Source of the DNA: Candidatus Latescibacterota bacterium
GTDB lineage: Bacteria > Latescibacterota > UBA2968
Direction: 5' to 3'
Length of the DNA: 64,000 bases
Assembly: GCA_965205975.1 (NCBI GenBank)
Contig: OZ242195.1
Location: forward strand, 2,688,001-2,752,000
Below, piece by piece: positions 59,741-64,000 of the stretch; within the stretch, counting starts at the first letter, position 1, and each line of letters opens with the position of its first letter. Position numbers and translations under genes: made by a program. Below the pieces are notes generated by a model. It was not told the DNA's origin and did no database searches. It worked only from the letters and a program-made list of their open reading frames with translations.

Positions 59741-60805
59741 ATGAAATACCGTCTTCTCACCCTATTTGCGCTTGGCATTGGCCTGCTCAGCACACCAGCG
59801 TATGCAACGCCCGAAAGCCATGCCGCAGCCAATTTTCTATTGTTCGCGCCATCGGCCCGTGCAGCGGGCATGGGCAATGCTTATGTCGCTATTGCCGATG
59901 ACGCAAATGCCACGTACTACAACCCCGCCGCACTGGCTTCATTACAAATTCACAGTCTCAGCACCACCCTGTACAAACCTGTTCCCCAACTGGCCGGCGA
60001 CATCTTTTCGTCATTCGGTGCTTATACACACCCCTTTAGTGGCATTGGCAATCTGGGATATAGCCTCATTTATAGTGCTTTGGGCGAACAACAACGCACC
60101 GATGAAGAGGGAAATCTTTTAGGTACATTTAAAAGCTACGGCATGGCCCTGGGTGTATCTTATGGCACGCATCTCTTCAAAAATCTGGCACTGGGCATCA
60201 CGGTTAAGTTTATCCATGAAAACCTCTCCGACGCAGGTGCGGGCATTGAGCAAGGCAAAGGCACAGCGACTTCTTTTGCCGGAGACATAGGTCTCATGTG
60301 GGCCGCCACAGATCGGCTTAGCTTCGGTAGCGTATTGCGCAATGTTGGCCCAAACATGACCTTTATCGATGCCGACCAGGCAGATCCACTGCCGCAAAAT
60401 TTCGTTTTTGGCATCGCATACAAAGTGATGAAAAACAACTCGTCTTCCCTGATGCTCACCACAGATATTTACAAACCTCTCGCCTCTGATAATTTCTTTT
60501 CCTTTATTTCGGGCTGGCACGACGACACCTTTGGCTGGAAACCCAATCCGGGCGGCAACGGTTTTACGGAATTTGACGATATAGATTACCGCGTAGGTGC
60601 CGAATGGATGTACCAGCTATCTGAAGATTCGTCTTTTGCCCTGCGCAGTGGCTATTCCTACGACAAGGATGGCAAACGCAACTTTCCCACTTTTGGGCTG
60701 GGTTTAAAATACAACTGGGCAAATTTCGATATCTCGTATTTTGTGCCGACGGAAGATACGCCTGCCAGCAATACATTTCGCTTCACGGGTGGATTTATAT
60801 TTTAA
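59741..60805 (+). CDS. PorV/PorQ-family outer-membrane beta-barrel
   Basis: FLLFAPSARAAGMG...YYNPA, NVGP, DPLP, terminal Phe. Confidence 0.85.
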   Translation: MKYRLLTLFALGIGLLSTPAYATPESHAAANFLLFAPSARAAGMGNAYVAIADDANATYYNPAALASLQIHSLSTTLYKPVPQLAGDIFSSFGAYTHPFSGIGNLGYSLIYSALGEQQRTDEEGNLLGTFKSYGMALGVSYGTHLFKNLALGITVKFIHENLSDAGAGIEQGKGTATSFAGDIGLMWAATDRLSFGSVLRNVGPNMTFIDADQADPLPQNFVFGIAYKVMKNNSSSLMLTTDIYKPLASDNFFSFISGWHDDTFGWKPNPGGNGFTEFDDIDYRVGAEWMYQLSEDSSFALRSGYSYDKDGKRNFPTFGLGLKYNWANFDISYFVPTEDTPASNTFRFTGGFIF

Positions 60806-60862
60806 TCCTCGCAGGTTCAGCAAACTGACTTCCCTTGCGACGAAGACATCAGTTGAAATACA

Positions 60863-62209
60863 ATGTTAAATCTCTTGAAATATAATGCCAAACCGCGCCT
60901 TCTCGCGCTCGGTACCGCCAGTTTGCTGAACTTCACACTCTTGATTTCATCTCTTTTTTCTCAAAATAGTAGCCCCCCTTCTTCGGACTTTAATGGCAAT
61001 GGTGCTGTCGATTTCCCCGACTTCTTGCTATTTGTCACTGCATTCGGATCTCAAGCCGGTCAAGAGCGGTACGATGCGAAATACGATCTGGATGGAAATG
61101 GCGAGATTGCGTTTGACGATTTTCTGTTATTTGTCAATAGCTTTGCGACATCATCAACGGCACCACAACCACCCAGCGATCCACGCCTGATGCGAATTGA
61201 ATTACCTGAAGGATTCTACATTCGCATATACGCCGAAGGGATAATAGGTGCTCGCTCGATGAGCCTCAGTCCGCACGGCACCCTCTTTGTCGGCACTCGC
61301 CCCAGTGGCCGCGTGTACGCACTACGCGACGAAGATGGCGACCACAAAGCAGAACGAGTCATCATCCTCGCCCGCGACCTGAATAATCCTAACGGCGTCG
61401 CCTTCAAGAACGGCGACCTGTACGTAGCCGAAATCAGCCGCATCCTGCGCTACCGCAACATCGAAGCACAACTCGACAACCCACCACAGCCGGAGATCAT
61501 CAACGACGCTTTCCCCACAGATCGGTCGCATGGCTGGAAGTTCATCCGCTTTGGACCCGACGGCTTGCTATACGTACCCGTCGGCGCACCGTGCAACATC
61601 TGCGCACGCGGCGATCCTTACGCATCACTTGGAAGATTGGACTCCGATGGCACCTTCAATATCATAGCGCGAGGCATTCGCAACACCGTCGGCTTCGATT
61701 GGCACCCGAAAACGGGCCAACTGTGGTTCACGGACAATGGGAGAGACAGGATGGGCGACGATGTGCCGCCAGACGAACTGAACAGAATAACCACTGATGG
61801 GCAGCACTTCGGCTATCCCTACTGCCACGGCACCAACATCGCCGATCCTGTATTCGGCGATCAGCGGGCCTGTGGCGAGTTCGTCGCGCCGGTCCAGAAT
61901 CTCGGTCCGCACGTAGCGGCTCTGGGAATGCGTTTCTATACCGGCGACATGTTTCCAGAAGAGTACCACAATCAGATCTTCATCGCCGAACACGGATCCT
62001 GGAATCGCAGCAGCAAGATCGGCTACCGCGTCACCCTGGTGCGCCTGAATGGCAACGAGGCAATCAGCTACGAGTCATTCGCAGAAGGCTGGCTGCAGGG
62101 TGAATCGAACTGGGGCAGGCCAGTCGATGTACTCGTCATGCCCGACGGTTCCCTGCTCGTATCGGACGACCAGGCCGGCCTGATCTATCGCATCAGCTAT
62201 TCTCACTGA
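60863..62209 (+). CDS. Glucose/sorbosone (PQQ-type) dehydrogenase with an N-terminal dockerin-like EF-hand pair
   Basis: DFNGNGAVDFPDF...DLDGNGEIAFDDF; GIRNTVGFDW, HGSWNRS, GRPVDV. Confidence 0.88.
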   Translation: MLNLLKYNAKPRLLALGTASLLNFTLLISSLFSQNSSPPSSDFNGNGAVDFPDFLLFVTAFGSQAGQERYDAKYDLDGNGEIAFDDFLLFVNSFATSSTAPQPPSDPRLMRIELPEGFYIRIYAEGIIGARSMSLSPHGTLFVGTRPSGRVYALRDEDGDHKAERVIILARDLNNPNGVAFKNGDLYVAEISRILRYRNIEAQLDNPPQPEIINDAFPTDRSHGWKFIRFGPDGLLYVPVGAPCNICARGDPYASLGRLDSDGTFNIIARGIRNTVGFDWHPKTGQLWFTDNGRDRMGDDVPPDELNRITTDGQHFGYPYCHGTNIADPVFGDQRACGEFVAPVQNLGPHVAALGMRFYTGDMFPEEYHNQIFIAEHGSWNRSSKIGYRVTLVRLNGNEAISYESFAEGWLQGESNWGRPVDVLVMPDGSLLVSDDQAGLIYRISYSH

Positions 62210-62218
62210 TCTCGCATT

Positions 62219-64000
62219 ATGAAACCGAATACACGCTTGACTATGACCCTTCTGTGCAGATGCGGGATCCTCCTGTGTCTTGTAGCTCTTTTTGTACAGC
62301 CTATTATAGCTGACGAAACCTATCGCGTCTTAGCCGTGCGCGTCTCTTTTCCCCCCGAAGATCCCGACAACGAAACCACCAGTGGAAACGGCACGTTCAA
62401 TCTCAGTACAGTCGAAAGTCCCGATCGCATCTACCCCTTTGACGCCCCCCCTCATGACCGCACCTATTTTGAAGCCCACCTGCAGGCACTGTCCAATTAT
62501 TATCGCGACATATCCCGAGGTCAACTGACCATCGAATACGATGTCTATCCACAAGACCTCGCCGCGAGTTACATCCTCGACACTCCCTTGATCGAATACG
62601 GCAATGGACGCACGAGGCGCGAAATAAATGAGCGCGTCACGCGGCTCTTTCGCGATGGTATCCGCGCTGCAGATAGCATTGATGGCACAAATATAGACTT
62701 CTCAAAATACGACGCCTTTGCAGTATTTCACGCGGGACTCGGCGGAGAAGCAGGTCAAAAGCTCAACGACATACCCTCGGCCTTTATTTTTCAACGCGAC
62801 CTCACCGAACTCGCCGACGGCGCGATTGCCGTCAACAACGGTGCTTTTCAAGTGGCTTCGGGCATGCTATTGCCCGAAGCCATCAGCACAAACGGTCAGG
62901 GTGGTCTCAATGGTACGATCGCCCGTTTTTTTGCCTCGCAACTCGGCTTGCCCGGTCTTTCGGACTTTGAAAACGATCTGCCTGCAATTGGCGACTGGAG
63001 TTTGATGGACACAGGTGCCAACAATCAAATAGACGCCGCGCGTCTGGGTCTCCAACCCCTCAGAAACGATCCCGAATTCACCAGTACAAACCTGATCGGA
63101 TTCTTGCCCAGTCGCATGATCGCCTGGTGCCGCATGCAACTCGGCTGGCTCGAACCACTCGTGATCACCCACAACGACACCATAGAAATCGCTGCATTCG
63201 GTAGCGCGTCCGATCTTCCGCAGGCTATTCGCGTGCCCATCAGCGCCACAGAATATTTTTTAATTGAAAACCGCTACTCGCGCCTCAATATTGAAAACCG
63301 CATCCCGCAAATCGATTTTTCTACCCCTCATAATGTCTGGCTTTCCACAGATGACTACGATGCATTCATACCCGGCTCGGGCATTCTTATCTACCACATT
63401 GACGATGCGATTATTCAGGCCAGCGATGCAGAAAAACACATCAATAGCCACCCCGATTACAAAATTGCACCTGCCCAATATCGCCGCGGCATTGCCCTCG
63501 AGGAAGCCGATGGCCTGCAAGACATCGGCAATGTATCGGCCAGCCGCATCATTCAAGCTGGTATTATCTCATTAAGCAGTATCGAAGGCGCGCCAGAAGA
63601 CGCCTTTTACGTGGGCAACAACGCCGTATTTGGCCCCAACACCTCGCCGAACACCCGCAGCAACTCAGGCTATGAAAGCGGCATAAATATCGAAGTACTC
63701 AGCCCACCTGGCGAAGTAATGTCAGTTGCTATCCGTTTTGCGAATCGGCTGGACAACTGGCCGATTACAAACTTGAATCCCACACGAGGGGCACCCCGCG
63801 CCATCGACCTCGACAGAGACGGAAGCAAAGAAATCCTTCACAGTTCTGGCGCGTGGACAATCGCGGGTGTACAGCACAGCCTGGACGGCCCGCCTTTGGC
63901 ATTTGCTACAACCCCCGCAATTGGCGACCTGAAAGAACCTGGATTCATCTATCATCGCGGAGCAACAACCCGAACGCACTGGCGTCCCAGTGGTACAGTC
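62219..64000 (+). CDS. M6 (immune inhibitor A)-like secreted protein with FG-GAP-like repeats, truncated by the window edge; zinc motif degenerate
   Basis: Open frame from ATG 62219: VLAVRVSF, FHAG, IARFFASQLGLPGL, GDWSLMD, EYFLIENR, GILIYHID, LEEADG, AIDLDRDG. Confidence 0.8.
   Translation, partial: MKPNTRLTMTLLCRCGILLCLVALFVQPIIADETYRVLAVRVSFPPEDPDNETTSGNGTFNLSTVESPDRIYPFDAPPHDRTYFEAHLQALSNYYRDISRGQLTIEYDVYPQDLAASYILDTPLIEYGNGRTRREINERVTRLFRDGIRAADSIDGTNIDFSKYDAFAVFHAGLGGEAGQKLNDIPSAFIFQRDLTELADGAIAVNNGAFQVASGMLLPEAISTNGQGGLNGTIARFFASQLGLPGLSDFENDLPAIGDWSLMDTGANNQIDAARLGLQPLRNDPEFTSTNLIGFLPSRMIAWCRMQLGWLEPLVITHNDTIEIAAFGSASDLPQAIRVPISATEYFLIENRYSRLNIENRIPQIDFSTPHNVWLSTDDYDAFIPGSGILIYHIDDAIIQASDAEKHINSHPDYKIAPAQYRRGIALEEADGLQDIGNVSASRIIQAGIISLSSIEGAPEDAFYVGNNAVFGPNTSPNTRSNSGYESGINIEVLSPPGEVMSVAIRFANRLDNWPITNLNPTRGAPRAIDLDRDGSKEILHSSGAWTIAGVQHSLDGPPLAFATTPAIGDLKEPGFIYHRGATTRTHWRPSGTV

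Noticed and set aside
1..64000. tRNA/rRNA genes, integrases, transposases
   Set aside because: None recognised by eye; a covariance-model scan would be needed to exclude small RNAs

Overview
Bacterial window, probably from an FCB-group lineage such as Latescibacterota or Gemmatimonadota (inferred from a PorV-family gene, dockerin-like EF-hand modules and expanded FGE-sulfatase, PhyH and sulfatase genes). About 1-13 kb is an accessory island: the end of a putative type II restriction-modification locus, three FGE/CLec-fold genes whose C-termini look like DGR variable regions, secreted repeat proteins, pseudogene debris and a toxin-antitoxin cluster. About 13-32 kb holds carbohydrate, sulfate and amino-acid catabolism and transport genes. 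About 32.6-53.6 kb is one minus-strand run of aromatic amino-acid genes: trpE-G-D-(oxidoreductase)-C-F-tyrS-(aldolase)-trpB-A-CM-DAHPS-tyrA-half aroA-aroE-ubiE-argS-aroK-(TA)-aroB-purF. It is headed by a 33-aa leader peptide missing from the ORF track (MNALTSHFWYFWRRFDGRYYYRRPSKSVVCPAF) and an intrinsic terminator, i.e. a candidate attenuator that senses Phe, Trp and Tyr together; this is the strongest finding. About 54-64 kb holds envelope genes, PorV, a PQQ-type dehydrogenase and an M6-like pseudoprotease. All calls come from reading motifs by eye; no searches were run.
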